Part shown: positions 10,107 through 20,327 of the stretch, piece by piece | How positions within the stretch are numbered: the first letter of the stretch is position 1 | How the letters are laid out: each line of letters opens with the position of its first letter | Source of the DNA: a bacterium | GTDB taxonomy: Bacteria; Planctomycetota; Planctomycetia; Kolteriales; Kolteriaceae | Reading direction: 5' to 3' | NCBI GenBank assembly: GCA_019753235.1 | Contig: JAIELF010000006.1 | Span: 27,041-91,040, forward strand | DNA: 64,000 nucleotides | Program-made: the position numbers and the translations under genes | The notes under the pieces: model-generated | Databases searched by the model: none | Told to the model about the DNA's origin: nothing | What the model saw: the letters and a program-made list of their open reading frames with translations, nothing else

Positions 10107-11075
10107 TTAAGGCTTCGCGGTCGCAGGGGTCTTTTTCTTATCGAGCCCTCGCTCTTTGCGATTCTTCTCCAGGCGTTTGATGAAGTCGCTGGGCGGGGCT
10201 TGCTGATTCATATCCCATGCGACCAGCCAATCGGTGCCGGTTCGCTTCAGGTTAAAGTCCTGAAGTAGGTGTCGCTGCATGTCGTTCATGTGTGCCGCGC
10301 CGTAGAAGATGCCGATCTTCTTCTTTCCTTCGTCAATCTTCTTGCGAAGGACCGCGAGTGCCCGCTTGTTCCGGTCGGTCACAATGGCCGAGCCTGTCGG
10401 TCCATCCAAACCGGCCGAGATCGTTTCGAGTTGGCTGAACTGGTCGGCAAGGATGCGCTTGAGTGCCAGCGGTCGGTTGGGGCTCATCATCGCCATCAGC
10501 ATCCGTAGGTCTTCCCCTTCGGACGCAGCGTTTTCCCCTTGAGCCTTCATCCCCTCGAGAGCCATCCGAAAGAAGAGTGTCATAAACGACTCGCCTCGGT
10601 CCTTCATGGCTTTGGCAAACTCGTCAGGCGACATGTCGGCATGGACGAAGTTAGGCTTCTCGTAGTTCACGATGGCCAACTGATGATCGAGACCCAAAAG
10701 ATCCTTGAGCCCGTTCTGCATCAGCGCGACGGGGTGGCTGTCCGCTTCGGCTGGTCGATTGGCGGGGGTTGTGCCCTCGGGTGCCACCAATTCGTACAGC
10801 AGCGCATCATACGTCGCGAAGATCTCATTCAACTTTTCGTAGTAACCTCGATCCCCCACATGGATCGCGCTCAGCAAATCGACAGTGACAAGATCCGAAC
10901 CCTCTTTGCCATTGGAGTAGTGAGCCACCGACGTTTCCATCGCCATCGGGGTTCCCCGGTCACTCCGAACGATTCGAATGAAGGACTCTTCGCCGGATTC
11001 CTTCTTCGGAGGCTTATCTCCCCAAGAAGTTCGGGGCAAAACAAACAGAGCCAAGCAAGCCAGCGTCCAGCTCAT
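10107..11075 (-). CDS. TraB/GumN-family-like secreted protein
   Basis: I prefer ATG 11075 (MSWTLACLALFVLPRTSWG signal) over the track start at 11219. DLLSAIHVGD, YELVAPEG, IVTDRNKRALAVLRKKI and IFYGAAHM resemble the TraB/GumN family (PF01963, from memory). Confidence 0.65.
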   Translation of the reverse strand: MSWTLACLALFVLPRTSWGDKPPKKESGEESFIRIVRSDRGTPMAMETSVAHYSNGKEGSDLVTVDLLSAIHVGDRGYYEKLNEIFATYDALLYELVAPEGTTPANRPAEADSHPVALMQNGLKDLLGLDHQLAIVNYEKPNFVHADMSPDEFAKAMKDRGESFMTLFFRMALEGMKAQGENAASEGEDLRMLMAMMSPNRPLALKRILADQFSQLETISAGLDGPTGSAIVTDRNKRALAVLRKKIDEGKKKIGIFYGAAHMNDMQRHLLQDFNLKRTGTDWLVAWDMNQQAPPSDFIKRLEKNRKERGLDKKKTPATAKP

Positions 11076-11422
11076 CAGTCGGCGAGCATCCACGGTCGAT
11101 ATCCTTGTCCTACGTGGTCGGGATGGCTCGGAGGGAGAGCGAAGCCGACACTTGATGACACGCAACTCGGTATGGGAAAGGATCACCAAAACAGGCGGGA
11201 CGATTCCGCCTTTTCCCACCAGATATTCGTACGGGAGAAGTCTCCCTTGGCCTCCAACTCGGAAATCCGGATTTCGAATCTCCCCTGAGGGAATCGACGC
11301 TTTCCGAACATCCTCTCCACTATACCCGCTTGGCCGCGAGACGACAAAGAAATGCAGGCGATCGCGAGCCCTGCCTCCTTTGGAAACCGACCACGAAAGA
11401 GTTCAATCGGGTGAGCCATTTG

Positions 11423-11878
11423 TCACGGAGATGTCGGGGGGAAAAGAGAATCATTGTAATCAGGATCAGCAGGCCAGAGAGTGATGATGAAGCCAGCAAC
11501 GATTGCCGCGATCACGAGCGAAAACGTTTGTCCTTCGATCAGATAGGCCACCAGCGACTTAAGTGAACCCGCTTCGAGAATGGCGGCGGGGAGAACTTGC
11601 ATGATGAAGAACCGTTGGCTTGGATGATTGGAGTGTGCCGCTAGGCTCGACGGCTTCTGAGAAATGAGACGTCGAGCAATCCACGCGAAGGGAATCATCC
11701 CAAGAGAGATCCCCGAAAGAATGTACGAAAGGATGGGTTCTTCCTGGGGTCGCAACGGTTTGATAGGTGCGATGAAAACAATGACCACGGCATGGAAAAT
11801 CACGCCGAGCAAAAGACAACAAATGATGAGCCGAACTTGTCGTACGGCGTTGAGATCGATCGTCGCATTACTTGTCAT
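11423..11878 (-). CDS. hypothetical integral membrane protein
   Basis: 151-aa ORF with about 4 hydrophobic helices. It starts 6 nt downstream of the cysE stop on the same strand. Confidence 0.6.
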   Translation of the reverse strand: MTSNATIDLNAVRQVRLIICCLLLGVIFHAVVIVFIAPIKPLRPQEEPILSYILSGISLGMIPFAWIARRLISQKPSSLAAHSNHPSQRFFIMQVLPAAILEAGSLKSLVAYLIEGQTFSLVIAAIVAGFIITLWPADPDYNDSLFPPTSP

Positions 11879-11884
11879 GGTCGA

Positions 11885-12850
11885 TTAAGCAGTTCGAATC
11901 GAACTGTTGTTGCTGGCCGTTCCCGAGCCCTTAATTCGCAAATTGGGCTTTTCCAGCGTGACGACCATGTTCGGCGCGACACTGCTGGTCAACCAGACCG
12001 AAGAACCGATCACTGTATTCTCGCCGATGATTGTTTCGCCCCCCAGAATGGTGGCGTTCGCATAGACGACGACACCGTTCTTTAGCGTCGGATGCCGCTT
12101 GGAACCGCGAATGATGTTGCCTGCTTCATCCTTAGGAAAGCTAAGCGCGCCGAGCGTGACACCCTGATAGAGTTTGACATCATCGCCGATCTCGCATGTC
12201 TCTCCGATGACGACACCGGTGCCGTGATCGATGAAGAAACGCCTGCCGATCTTCGCGCCGGGATGAACATCGATCCCTGTTCGGCTATGGGCCTGTTCGG
12301 TCATCATTCTTGGAATGAGCGGGACGCCGAGCAAGTGGAGATGATGCGCCAAGCGATAGACGGTGATCGCATAAAGGCCCGGATAGCTGAAGACGATCTC
12401 GGTGGTATCGACCGCTGCCGGGTCGCCGTCAAAGGCTGCTTGGGCATCGTCGGCGAGGACTCGGCGAAGATCGGGAAGGGCTTCTAGAAAGAGAACCGCC
12501 TTCTTTTGACCCTCGTGTTCGTAGTCGGCTCTTTGGCTACCTCTGGTTTCGCAATCATGCTTCATCGCGCGAGAAATCTGTTCGGTCAACGTGTCGTGCA
12601 GATTCACCAGCAGCGCGCCAGCATGATACTCGACATTGGACAGATGCAGGTTCTGTCGCCGACCGAAGCCGGGATACATCAGTTCATACAGGTCGTCCAT
12701 CAGACGGATGATCACTTCGCGACTGGGAAGGGGACAATGATCCAGATGGTGAATCCCCCGGCATTCGACGTACGTCGCCACAATGCGATCGGTGATCGAA
12801 GGAAGAGAAGATTCCTTCAGCCGAATATCAGTCGCCATATTCATCTCCAC
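11885..12850 (-). CDS. cysE: serine O-acetyltransferase (long form)
   Basis: Left-handed beta-helix hexapeptide region ([42 protein letters not shown] ... [28 protein letters not shown]) preceded by a SATase N-terminal helical domain. GTG at 12850, with ATGs at 12844 and 12838. Confidence 0.9.
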   Translation of the reverse strand: MEMNMATDIRLKESSLPSITDRIVATYVECRGIHHLDHCPLPSREVIIRLMDDLYELMYPGFGRRQNLHLSNVEYHAGALLVNLHDTLTEQISRAMKHDCETRGSQRADYEHEGQKKAVLFLEALPDLRRVLADDAQAAFDGDPAAVDTTEIVFSYPGLYAITVYRLAHHLHLLGVPLIPRMMTEQAHSRTGIDVHPGAKIGRRFFIDHGTGVVIGETCEIGDDVKLYQGVTLGALSFPKDEAGNIIRGSKRHPTLKNGVVVYANATILGGETIIGENTVIGSSVWLTSSVAPNMVVTLEKPNLRIKGSGTASNNSSIRTA

Positions 12851-13203
12851 CGGCGGGGGGAGAACGGGCCCTCTGGGCCGAAGTCCTCATCTTGCCGGGT
12901 TTACCGGATTTTACCGCGGATTCACTAGAACCATCATAGACAATCGGCTCCAAAGGAGGCCTTTGTCCCTTCTTTCCCTGACGAAGAAAGCGTTCCCGAC
13001 GAGCTTGTTGGGAAGATCGAGAGACTTTTCCGCAGAGTGGGAATGGGCGGATCCTATTCCGAAAGATCGGCGAGCGGGGCCATTTCGAGGCTTCTGATAA
13101 CCCGATTGTAAAAGCTACAATGCGTGCGCGAGGGAATCCTCCGCCTTAGCGACAGGTTGGTCTCGGCTTGTGGCATCATGGCAGATAGATTATCGCCCTC
13201 GCT

Positions 13204-13752
13204 TTGAAGCAGCGTGCGGGAAACGTTGGAAGGGGTGTGAGCGTGCGACAAGAGGTGGCGGCACCGACTCGACGATGTCACGCCACGGGGCGCGAGCTCT
13301 TGCCCGGCGAGGGGTATTACTCAGCCCTCGTCGAAACACTGGTCGGCACCCAACGCTGGGATTTTGCGATCGAAGCGTGGACGGGGCCCCCCGAGGGAAC
13401 CGTCGGTTACTGGCGCACGACGCTACCGATTTCGACGTCGCCCCCGCCGCCGAGGGAAGTTCCGACCGAGACGATGCTCGATTTTTTTGATCAGCTTTCG
13501 CAGCAGCCAGAGAAGCTTGGATCTCGGGAACGCCGACTTCGGTTTGTCCTGGCTTTGCTGTTAGTGCGGAAAAAGGTACTCAAATTGCACAGTGTTCGCC
13601 GAGAGGATTCGCAGGACTTTCTGGTCGTACGAAGGCCCTCTTCGAAAGAAACAATCGACGTCCTTGATCCTGGTCTTAACGAGGCGGAGACCTCCGAGGT
13701 TGAAAAGGAATTGGCTGACTGGATGCAGTCGGCCATGGGCGATCTGGTTTAA
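13204..13752 (+). CDS. hypothetical protein
   Basis: 182-aa ORF (TTG start). A GTG at 13243 preceded by GGAAGGGG is a plausible true start. No family recognised. It is followed 42 nt later by the lipoprotein gene. Confidence 0.5.
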   Translation: MKQRAGNVGRGVSVRQEVAAPTRRCHATGRELLPGEGYYSALVETLVGTQRWDFAIEAWTGPPEGTVGYWRTTLPISTSPPPPREVPTETMLDFFDQLSQQPEKLGSRERRLRFVLALLLVRKKVLKLHSVRREDSQDFLVVRRPSSKETIDVLDPGLNEAETSEVEKELADWMQSAMGDLV

Positions 13753-13794
13753 CAAGTTCCCAGGCACCAAGGTTGAATTAGGAAAAGAGAAGGT

Positions 13795-14979
13795 ATGCCT
13801 CTTCGCGGGATACTCTGGTTGACGGGGGTGATCGCGCTCGCGGGATGCACCTCTGTCCCGTTTCGCGAAACCGCGCAGCCGCGCGGCAGTCGCGAAGATC
13901 AAGAGATTGCCGACCGCTTCCTATCCCATTGGAATCAGAACGCCAAGCAGATCAACTCGGTTGTTTGCCGAGCCGTCGATGTCTCGGGAAGTTCCGAAGG
14001 TCAATCCTACACGCTTGATGCCATGCTCGCGTTTCAAGAGCCCAACAACTTTCGTCTGACGGGTAAGTTCCTGGGCAAACATGAAGCCGATCTCGGATCA
14101 AACAACCAAGAGGTTTGGTTTTGGATGGCGCGGGCGCAGCCGCCGGCCGTCTATTTCTGCAAGCGAGAAGACTTGCCTCGCGTGTCGTTGCCGATGCCCT
14201 TTCATCCGGATGACTTGATTCAGGTGCTCGGTTCGGTCCCGCTGGACCCGAGCCGATTCCGCTTTGAAAAAGGTTGGGACCGGTTCGTGACACTGATCGC
14301 TTCCGAGACGGCTCCGTCGGGTGATCCGGTGGTGAAGAGAATTGTTGTCGATCGCGAAACGGGTCGAGCGGCACGGTTCGAGGTCTGGGATCTGTACAGC
14401 AATCAACCCCGCAAGCTCGCCGAGGCGGAGATACTCCGATACCACGAGGATGCCAGCGGCGTCTTCGTGCCACAGAAGGTAAAACTTCGCTTTCCCGCGG
14501 CTCAGACTGATCTCATGCTGACCATGCGGTCGCGATCGATCGAAGTAAATCAGATCGACGACCAGTGGGCGGCCAATCTCTTTAGTCGCGGCAACTACGT
14601 CAATTCGCAGGTGGTCGATCTGGGTGAAGAGTTTCGTCGAAAACAAGCATCGCTGGACCGTCCGCCTTTGGCGATGAATCGTTCGTCGATGTTGCCCGCG
14701 AGCAGTTCCGCCCGCATCGAGCCAGCAGTCCTGCCGACGTCGGATCAACCTCGCGGCGAAACGATTGTTCGGCAATCGCCTACCAACGAAGAGACGTCGT
14801 CGACCGCCGTCCGATTGGATCCACAAGTTCAGCCGACCTCGGCATCGATGGATGTCCGCTTACCTGCCGAGATGTCCGACGGGACGGGCATTCCGAAGCC
14901 ATTCGAGGGAATTAAGCCCGGCGCTTACAAGCCGAAGATCCCGACCGGCCCTATCGCGCCCGCGGAACGATTCGATTAG
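13795..14979 (+). CDS. putative lipoprotein
   Basis: MPLRGILWLTGVIALAGC lipobox. AGAAGG lies 5 nt upstream of the ATG. 394 aa with a Pro/Ser-rich C-terminus. No secure family assignment. Confidence 0.65.
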   Translation: MPLRGILWLTGVIALAGCTSVPFRETAQPRGSREDQEIADRFLSHWNQNAKQINSVVCRAVDVSGSSEGQSYTLDAMLAFQEPNNFRLTGKFLGKHEADLGSNNQEVWFWMARAQPPAVYFCKREDLPRVSLPMPFHPDDLIQVLGSVPLDPSRFRFEKGWDRFVTLIASETAPSGDPVVKRIVVDRETGRAARFEVWDLYSNQPRKLAEAEILRYHEDASGVFVPQKVKLRFPAAQTDLMLTMRSRSIEVNQIDDQWAANLFSRGNYVNSQVVDLGEEFRRKQASLDRPPLAMNRSSMLPASSSARIEPAVLPTSDQPRGETIVRQSPTNEETSSTAVRLDPQVQPTSASMDVRLPAEMSDGTGIPKPFEGIKPGAYKPKIPTGPIAPAERFD

Positions 14980-16976
14980 TCGCGACCAACTCTTCGCCAA
15001 GGAATCCCCGTCACCAACATCGCCACGAAAATGGTGATGATCGCAATTGTTCGTCCCTGGAGCAGAGGGATCGATCGAAATCGCCACTCGATCCTATGCT
15101 TGCCCTGTTCTACTTGAACCGCTCTTCCCGCGGGCAACGCGATCGACTCGGCAGCGACTCCATCCACTGTTACCGACCAGCCGGGAAAGAGGAGATCGGT
15201 GAGAACCACTTCGCATGCCGATGGCCCGTCGGTTTCGATTAACACACGTTGCGGCTCGAGCGAAACGACGGTGGCGGAACCCTCGGCCAATGATCTATTC
15301 TCCCCCGCAACGCGGTAGGCCCGGCCAGGATCTCGATCGTACCGGTAGAGATAAAGAGGCTGGCTCGGCTCCCTTCCCCAACGAGGGTGGAGAAACGGAT
15401 CGTAGCCTGAAAAGAGAAGCGTTGTGGGCCAAGAGGCAGGGAGCGGTGCCAGCGTGAGAAGATGGCTAACACCCGTGCGACCAAGCGTCTTGCCGATCGA
15501 TTCATCGAATGGAACATTCCCTGGGAAAACATTCGGAAACGAATCCCAGGTCTTGTAGTAGTCTGCTGGACCCATGCCGAGATAGGGCGGGACACACGCC
15601 GCCCCGGAAAGCGCCAGCGTGTTCCCGTCAATGGCAAGAACGCGATCAATGGGCCGAAGCATTCGAAAGATGACGGATTGATCTCGGAGAGAAATCATCG
15701 GCGGATCGATGATCGTTACATACTGCACTTGATGACCCACGAAGGTGTACTCGGCCACGATCGCGCTGCCGATAAAAAGGGAGACCAGCCCCTTCGTCCA
15801 AGAGAGGCGCGTTGACCAGGCGTCGATCAACAGTCCGACGACGATCGCCACGGCCAGTTGAGTCACCATGCCGTATCGGCCGCAGTAGCGAAAGAAACCG
15901 AAGCCAGGTAATGACGCCAATCCAGGCATGGCGATTCCGGTCGCCAATAAAAAGGTTGTGATGGCGATTGCGATCCAGAACCACGTTCGCTCACGACATC
16001 GACCTGTCAGCAAGCCTACCATGGTCAATCCGATCACCAAAGGGCCGAAATAGAGATGGGCTTCGACCTTGTTTGATGGGGCCTGCATGTCGGCAAGAAC
16101 TTGGTCGCGATCGATAAGAAAATCCCAAGGCAATTGCGAGCGAACAAAGTAATGGATCGGCACGTTGCCACGAGCGATCTCCGCGACGAAGTCGGCTTTG
16201 TCGCGTTGACTTCGGGTCTTGAGTTCCCACGCGGGCAAGAGTTGTGGACTGGCCAGAAGATAGCCCACCATGATCGCCAGAATTGCCGATAGACGACGCG
16301 ACCAAGGGATCGCGATCGTCATGGGGGAAAGAAAAGATGCTGGCGTGATGGCGATCGTGACCGCGGCAAGCAGTGTGATCCACGCGAGATTAAAGTGACC
16401 GGCCAGAAGTTGCATCGTTACGCTGATCGCCATCGCCCACCAGGCGAGTCGTCCACCGAAGAATAAGAACCGGAGTTGCATCGCGAGGATGATCGGAAGC
16501 CAAGCCCCGGTGACGATCGCCCACTCCAGACAGGCTCGCGGCGGAAACCAACCGTAGACAAAGAGAAACGCGGACATGGCCGAGCTGGCGGGGTTCAGGC
16601 TAAGCGTCCGAGCAAGGAAATAGCAGCCGACACTGGCCATGATGTAGTGAAAGAGAAACACGAACGAGTACGCGGTGTTGAGATCGAAGAACCGATACGC
16701 GATGAGATAGATCGGATAGAAGACGCCGGTTTGGCTTTCGCCCAAGATCGGCACGCCGTTACCGATGCCAGGATGCCAAAGCCGAAATTCGTTCTGCAGA
16801 AGTCCTTGTTGATAAAAATCCCGAAGTGGAAAGAAGTAGTTGTAAGTGTCGCCGCCGATGAACCCCCCGCGCCAGGCGAGCGGCCACCAAAACCAAACCG
16901 CCATGATCGTCGCAACCAAAACAACAATGATTGCTTCGGCTTGCCGAGAACGCCAAACACCAAGCGTTCTGGGCAT
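14976..16976 (-). CDS. YfhO-like large polytopic membrane protein (GT-C-like?)
   Basis: 666 aa with more than 10 predicted TM helices followed by a soluble C-terminal domain. The N-terminus GGDTYNYFFPLRDFYQQGLLQNEFRLWHPGIGNGVPILGESQTGVFYP resembles the YfhO family (PF09586, from memory). Confidence 0.7.
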   Translation of the reverse strand: MPRTLGVWRSRQAEAIIVVLVATIMAVWFWWPLAWRGGFIGGDTYNYFFPLRDFYQQGLLQNEFRLWHPGIGNGVPILGESQTGVFYPIYLIAYRFFDLNTAYSFVFLFHYIMASVGCYFLARTLSLNPASSAMSAFLFVYGWFPPRACLEWAIVTGAWLPIILAMQLRFLFFGGRLAWWAMAISVTMQLLAGHFNLAWITLLAAVTIAITPASFLSPMTIAIPWSRRLSAILAIMVGYLLASPQLLPAWELKTRSQRDKADFVAEIARGNVPIHYFVRSQLPWDFLIDRDQVLADMQAPSNKVEAHLYFGPLVIGLTMVGLLTGRCRERTWFWIAIAITTFLLATGIAMPGLASLPGFGFFRYCGRYGMVTQLAVAIVVGLLIDAWSTRLSWTKGLVSLFIGSAIVAEYTFVGHQVQYVTIIDPPMISLRDQSVIFRMLRPIDRVLAIDGNTLALSGAACVPPYLGMGPADYYKTWDSFPNVFPGNVPFDESIGKTLGRTGVSHLLTLAPLPASWPTTLLFSGYDPFLHPRWGREPSQPLYLYRYDRDPGRAYRVAGENRSLAEGSATVVSLEPQRVLIETDGPSACEVVLTDLLFPGWSVTVDGVAAESIALPAGRAVQVEQGKHRIEWRFRSIPLLQGRTIAIITIFVAMLVTGIPWRRVGRD

Positions 16977-16994
16977 CGGTTCCTCTTGGCTAGC

Positions 16995-17801
16995 TTATTG
17001 CAGGTACGGTCGCGGCACCGTGGTGTCCGCAGAGACTTGATAGACGACGGGAAGAAAAGCCCGTTCCCCTGTACTGGATTGTATCGGAACAAAGTTCACG
17101 GCGCCCGTCACTTCGATCCACTCGGCCGGCTTCCAAGCATCGTTCGGTTTACCCAACACGGTGATACTCAGCGGAACAGCGTCGGCGGCGCAGCACGTGA
17201 TTTTGACCCGCATCAGTCGGTAGCGGTCGGCAAAGCCTCGATCGGGAACGGCCTGGCCGGCGATACGAACCGCTTGCGCCTGCCAACGTTCCCTCTTAAA
17301 CGGGTCATCCGCGGCCGCGACAAGAACCTTCCAGTCGGCATCGACGACATCCCCCTTGGGCTCAAAACCCGGAGGCATCGAGGCGTTTCCTAGATCGGCG
17401 AGCGCCTTTAAATCCTTCGCGGAGAGTTTGTTGGTGAGCCCCTGTGCGCTGAGTTGGCTCGGCGGAACCCCCATGAAGATTATCATGATCGGCAGGGCCA
17501 ATATGATCAATCGCCACAACGAAGGAGCATGCGTATGCTCGTCATGATCATGGCCATGATCGTCGCCGGCATGTTCGTGATCATGATGATGATGCGAGGT
17601 TCCGGTAAAAAGTGACGGCAACCGCAGAAGCACGATCAACCCCAGCAACACCCCACCGGCAAGAACCAGCAACTGAAACTTCGAATCCGCAAGATAAAAC
17701 TTAAGCGTGTCCTGCACCACCAGATTGATCATCGACCAACTGAAGAGGCCCGCCGCTGCCAGCGAAAGCGTTTGAGCAAGAAGAAGAGTGGCTCGGTCCA
17801 T
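16995..17801 (-). CDS. TIGR03943/DUF1980-family putative permease subunit with a His-rich loop
   Basis: Two N-terminal TM helices, His-rich loop HHHHDHEHAGDDHGHDHDEHTH (nt 17594-17529), third TM, and a C-terminal domain with the family hallmark KITCCAADA. ATG 17801 is 8 nt after GGAGG and overlaps the upstream stop (TGATG). Confidence 0.8.
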   Translation of the reverse strand: MDRATLLLAQTLSLAAAGLFSWSMINLVVQDTLKFYLADSKFQLLVLAGGVLLGLIVLLRLPSLFTGTSHHHHDHEHAGDDHGHDHDEHTHAPSLWRLIILALPIMIIFMGVPPSQLSAQGLTNKLSAKDLKALADLGNASMPPGFEPKGDVVDADWKVLVAAADDPFKRERWQAQAVRIAGQAVPDRGFADRYRLMRVKITCCAADAVPLSITVLGKPNDAWKPAEWIEVTGAVNFVPIQSSTGERAFLPVVYQVSADTTVPRPYLQ

Positions 17802-18907
17802 CACTTACCTCCTACCGGAAGTGTCGACGGTGGCATCAAAAGAAAGGGCTCGATCCGATCGTAAAGGTACGTCAGGCTGAAAATCATCACCAACATGATC
17901 GGCACCATCGTCATCACCATTCGACCCGTGAATACCCAGCGGTACATGATGAGTAGCTTCACATCAAGCATGGGACCGAGAACGATCATCGCGAGCTTGG
18001 ATCCGGTCGAAAGACCTGTGAAGTTTGCCGCGACGAAAGCGTCCGCTTCGCTGCACAACGACAACAGAAAAGCCAAGCCCATCATCGCGAGGATCGAAAG
18101 CTCTCGCTTATTGCCGAGATCTTCAAGTGTCGCTCGCGGAAGCATCGTGTTGATGGTGGCGGCTAAGAGTGCCCCGATCACGAGGAAGGCCGCAATGTCA
18201 ATGAAGTCCCCCAAGGCGATCTCGGCAATCGATTGCAAGCGATCGAGCAAAGTACGCTTCGCGGGAACCGACGCATGATGATGATGGTCATGGTGATGAT
18301 CATGATCGCATTGGGAATGGTCATGGTCGTGATGATCATGATGATGATGCGCGGTCGATATCAAGGCGGCCGGCTCGATGATGGTCAGGGTTGGGCTCCC
18401 CACCAGGCGGTCTCTTTTGACATCCTCTCGGACGAGCTTGACTCCTTTGGAGGCGAGTCGATCGACGACCAGGCCGATCGTGACCGCGGTGATGAAGGCG
18501 AATCCGCCGCGAAGTAGAACGATTCCCAATCCGCCGATCCCTGCCAAATCGTACGCTCCATCCTTGTATCCCCAGAAGGCAAGAGCCGTGCTCGACAGGA
18601 CGATAAAATTCATCCCCGGGGCCGACAGCATGTACGTGATCGCGCAGCTTGCCGGGACACCTTTTTTCAGCAGTCGCCGCATGACCGGCACGATGCCGCA
18701 CTCGCACATCGGCATCAAAATGCCCAACAGGCTGCTCATGATGACCGCCAGCCATCGACTTTTGGGAAGGAATCGCTGAAAAAATTGTTGCGGAAGAAGT
18801 TCTTCCAACATTCCCGAAACGATGGCGCCAATGACGATAAAGGGCATCGCCTCGAAGACGATGCTCATGAAGATGAGCCGAAAGTCGCTGAAGTTAAACG
18901 CCGACAC
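17801..18907 (-). CDS. DUF318/ArsP_1-type permease with a His-rich central loop
   Basis: 368 aa, polytopic, with a CECGIVPV motif typical of this permease family (PF03773, from memory). The central loop is HHHHDHHDHDHSQCDHDHHHDHHHH (nt 18349-18275). GTG start with AGGAG upstream. Confidence 0.85.
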   Translation of the reverse strand: MSAFNFSDFRLIFMSIVFEAMPFIVIGAIVSGMLEELLPQQFFQRFLPKSRWLAVIMSSLLGILMPMCECGIVPVMRRLLKKGVPASCAITYMLSAPGMNFIVLSSTALAFWGYKDGAYDLAGIGGLGIVLLRGGFAFITAVTIGLVVDRLASKGVKLVREDVKRDRLVGSPTLTIIEPAALISTAHHHHDHHDHDHSQCDHDHHHDHHHHASVPAKRTLLDRLQSIAEIALGDFIDIAAFLVIGALLAATINTMLPRATLEDLGNKRELSILAMMGLAFLLSLCSEADAFVAANFTGLSTGSKLAMIVLGPMLDVKLLIMYRWVFTGRMVMTMVPIMLVMIFSLTYLYDRIEPFLLMPPSTLPVGGK

Positions 18908-19149
18908 GCTCGGTCTTAGCTCCTACGAATCTTTTTTGCTGGCTTTGGCTGCTGGTGACAACGAATTCTGGGCCGGCCCCGGCGCGTCCGAGGTATTACG
19001 TCCCCGTGGACGGTTTGGTTCACAGCCGAACTCGCTGATAGGCTCCCTTTTTCGGCCGAGCTGCCGCCGAATCGCGGCAGCGGTGTTTGAATTATAGAAA
19101 AGAGTCGACACGCGGAAGGATCTCTCGCCGATTGTCCACGGGAGCAGGC

Positions 19150-19842
19150 ATGTCGATTGTCGTTCGATTCCTTCGCAAGATCTTGCACGCTCGGATCAGT
19201 CCCGGCGAGCCTTCGCTGGTCCTGGAACTTCCATCGCTTGAAATACCGACCGGTTCGTTCGCCGCAGTGATGGGGCCTAGCGGCTGTGGAAAGTCGCTGC
19301 TCATGGGGATCATGGCGGGGATTATCCCTGCTGACGAAGGGGAGATTGTGCTGGCCGATCACGCTCTTGACCTGCGCCAATCTGCGTTGAACGAGGCGTT
19401 TCGCCTGCGATCGATTGGCATTCTCTTGCAGGGCCGAAATCTCCTTGAATCGTTGACCGTGTTCGAGAACGTCGCGCTGGGCCTACGCTTCTCTCGGACA
19501 TATCCCAGATTGCAATGGCGAACTCGTTCGATGGAGATGCTTGCGCGGGTTGGTCTGGCTCATCTCGCTCGCGAATGGCCTTCCCGACTGTCGCCCGCCC
19601 AGCGGCAGAAAGTCTCCCTCGCGCGGTCTCTGGTTCATCATCCACGTGTCGTATTGCTGGATGAACCGACCGCACGCCTCGATCCGGCATCAGCGGCTCA
19701 GATGATTCAACTCGCCATCGAAACCACACGCGAAGGGGGTCAAACGTTGGTTCTCTTTACCGACGATCCCGCCATCGCGGGTCGATTCGAAACACGCTTT
19801 GATGCCAGTCATCTTCTGGTGCGGAGTGACTTTCCATCGTGA
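19150..19842 (+). CDS. ABC transporter ATP-binding protein
   Basis: Walker A GPSGCGKS, signature LSPAQRQK, Walker B VVLLDEP. I prefer ATG 19150 (GGAGCAGG upstream) over the track start at 19087. Confidence 0.85.
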   Translation: MSIVVRFLRKILHARISPGEPSLVLELPSLEIPTGSFAAVMGPSGCGKSLLMGIMAGIIPADEGEIVLADHALDLRQSALNEAFRLRSIGILLQGRNLLESLTVFENVALGLRFSRTYPRLQWRTRSMEMLARVGLAHLAREWPSRLSPAQRQKVSLARSLVHHPRVVLLDEPTARLDPASAAQMIQLAIETTREGGQTLVLFTDDPAIAGRFETRFDASHLLVRSDFPS

Positions 19843-20327
19843 GCACTTTTGTCTTGTTGATGAAACAGTTCTGGGCGCATGGCCGATTCCATGGACTGTT
19901 GATGATCGTTCTGGCTTTGAGTGGTTGGCGTCTGCGGACGCGCGAAGGAATCTGGTCCGAAGGTGTTGACGATCTGATCGGACCGTCGGCACTGCTGGTA
20001 GGCCTGTTCTACTTGCTCGGGTCTTACCTTGCCCGGGCCGGGGAGGAAGATTGGCTTCAGCTTCGACTGGTCGGGGCCAAGCCGATCGTCCTCTTTCTGA
20101 TCATGATCGGCCAAGCCATCCTCGTCGCCATTATCGGTGCGATCTTCTCGGAGTTAATTCATCAAGTGATGACGATGTTCTCGACCGCGCCCACCCGTCC
20201 GATGGAGAACCGATTCAACAGTCTTGGCGTGATGATCCTTTTCGGGATCAGCGCGATTCTGGGGTCGGCATATCCATCTTGGCGAGGTTGCCGCGTCGAT
20301 CTTTCTGAGCGAATCGGCCGACGTTAG
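19839..20327 (+). CDS. small FtsX-like membrane protein (mini-permease)
   Basis: 162 aa. The GTG start overlaps the ATPase stop (GTGA). It has 4 hydrophobic helices. LRLVGAKP and the C-terminal YPSWRGCRVDLSERI resemble FtsX/MacB-type permease motifs, but there is no large periplasmic domain. Confidence 0.55.
   Translation: MSTFVLLMKQFWAHGRFHGLLMIVLALSGWRLRTREGIWSEGVDDLIGPSALLVGLFYLLGSYLARAGEEDWLQLRLVGAKPIVLFLIMIGQAILVAIIGAIFSELIHQVMTMFSTAPTRPMENRFNSLGVMILFGISAILGSAYPSWRGCRVDLSERIGRR

Noticed and set aside
11887-11903. 17-nt near-perfect palindrome CAGTTCGA-A-TCGAACTG at the 3' end of cysE
   Set aside because: It lies inside the coding sequence, has essentially no loop, and has no T-tract. 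It is probably coincidental.
12851-13203. 350-nt divergent intergenic region between cysE and the 13204 gene, examined for a riboswitch or ncRNA
   Set aside because: I recognised no conserved riboswitch core motifs. Only short direct repeats (TTACCGG/TTACCGCGG) are present.
14976-14979. Convergent lipoprotein and YfhO-like genes share their stop codons (TTAG = TAG forward / TAA reverse)
   Set aside because: This is real but is simply tight packing. No functional implication can be supported.
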